A stretch of DNA of 64,000 bases from the NCBI GenBank assembly GCA_002269645.1, contig NIVC01000913.1, positions 118,276-182,275 of the forward strand. The letters run 5' to 3'. The notes below the pieces were generated by a model, which worked only from the letters and a program-made list of their open reading frames with translations, had not been told where the DNA came from and made no database searches. Both the position numbers and the translations under genes were made by a program. The stretch's first letter is position 1. Every line of letters starts with the position of its first letter. Of the stretch, positions 63,123 through 64,000 are shown one piece after another. This stretch comes from Macrostomum lignano (Eukaryota).

Positions 63123-64000
63123 GTAAGCAAATTGTAACTTTCCTTTGTGAATACTTACAACTTCATCTGTCTTCTTAATTCTGCCTTCTACATTAAGGGT
63201 CAGCCATTACCTTGAGTTGTGCTTAAGCGCTGTTTTCGAAAGCAAATTATTAACAATGCTAGACCGGCTTTGACTAGAATTTTCTCTTTCCCTCTCTCTT
63301 TTCTTCTCTAAGCTGGCAGTCCCAGCCTGTGCGCAGTGTGTCTATAGTAGTTCGTGGCGCGCCGCGTTTCGCTGCATCGGCATGATTCCTTTGCAAGCGA
63401 CGAGGGTACGAGTATAAGAAATTTAGCGCGGCGCGCAAATATCGAATGCATACAGCGCAAGCTAAAGCTTTTTTCAGCTGCAGTTAGTCACCCCACGGTT
63501 CGATCAGTCCCAGGACTTTGGGGAGGGAAGGGCGTAGACTGCAGGACTGCTGTATGAATTCTCTCTTCAGCTATTGAGGGGTTCTGTGGGCAACCCGCTA
63601 TTATGCGTGAAAATTATTTAACGTATTATATATTGTAACTTTAAACACGATATATAAGATTGTAGGGGGGAGTCACTTAAGTGCGTAAAAATTGTAAGGT
63701 AGATTAATATATTGGTAGACGGCTTCTGGTCTGTAATGTTCAGATATGAGACATTTTCAATAGCCTCGCATTACAATGGGTGGGATCTAGCAGTCAAACC
63801 CTGTGTACAGAGAGTTGGGTGAGGAGTCTTACCCACCTGACACTATGAGCGTAGACCCACCCATGACCCATCATTAGACTACCTGTCTCGGCGGGGGCGG
63901 TCATGCCACACGGCCCCCTTCCCACCTCAGCGTGCATCAGAAAAAATTAGGCCATTCTGAGCGGCCGCAATCCATCGTAATGTTTTCTTTGCAGCATTCC

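Overview
Eukaryotic (metazoan) genomic DNA with GT-AG introns. There are no prokaryotic features and no CRISPR array. Roughly half the window is tandem repeat, and most long ORFs in the supplied track are repeat artefacts. ADMP, an IR25a-like receptor and minisatellite-stuffed introns suggest a protostome, plausibly a Macrostomum-type flatworm (inference only). Five genes were reconstructed by hand from splice sites and reading phase: an 8-exon SLC5 sodium/solute symporter (minus, 20413-28179), a 2-exon orphan acidic/Ala-rich protein (plus, 30495-36370), a 5-exon ADMP (minus, 43184-48681), a >=10-exon IR25a-like ionotropic receptor with no visible amino-terminal domain (minus, 50056-57346), and the 5' part of NPC1 (plus, from 61692). 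Mobile elements are a decayed Penelope-like retroelement with two inverted pseudo-LTRs each carrying a hammerhead-ribozyme core, tRNA-derived SINEs (including a CORE-type one), a Tc1 remnant and a hAT MITE. The best leads are: (1) a perfect Mad/Medea/Schnurri-type BMP element about 300 bp upstream of Admp; (2) intronic tandem arrays that appear to be amplified from splice-donor junctions, one giving 12 intact donors of which five are in frame; (3) the ATD-less IR25a-like receptor; (4) the paired hammerheads; (5) a lipid-anchor N-terminus one base out of frame in the orphan gene. All coordinates were counted manually, and repeat boundaries are approximate.
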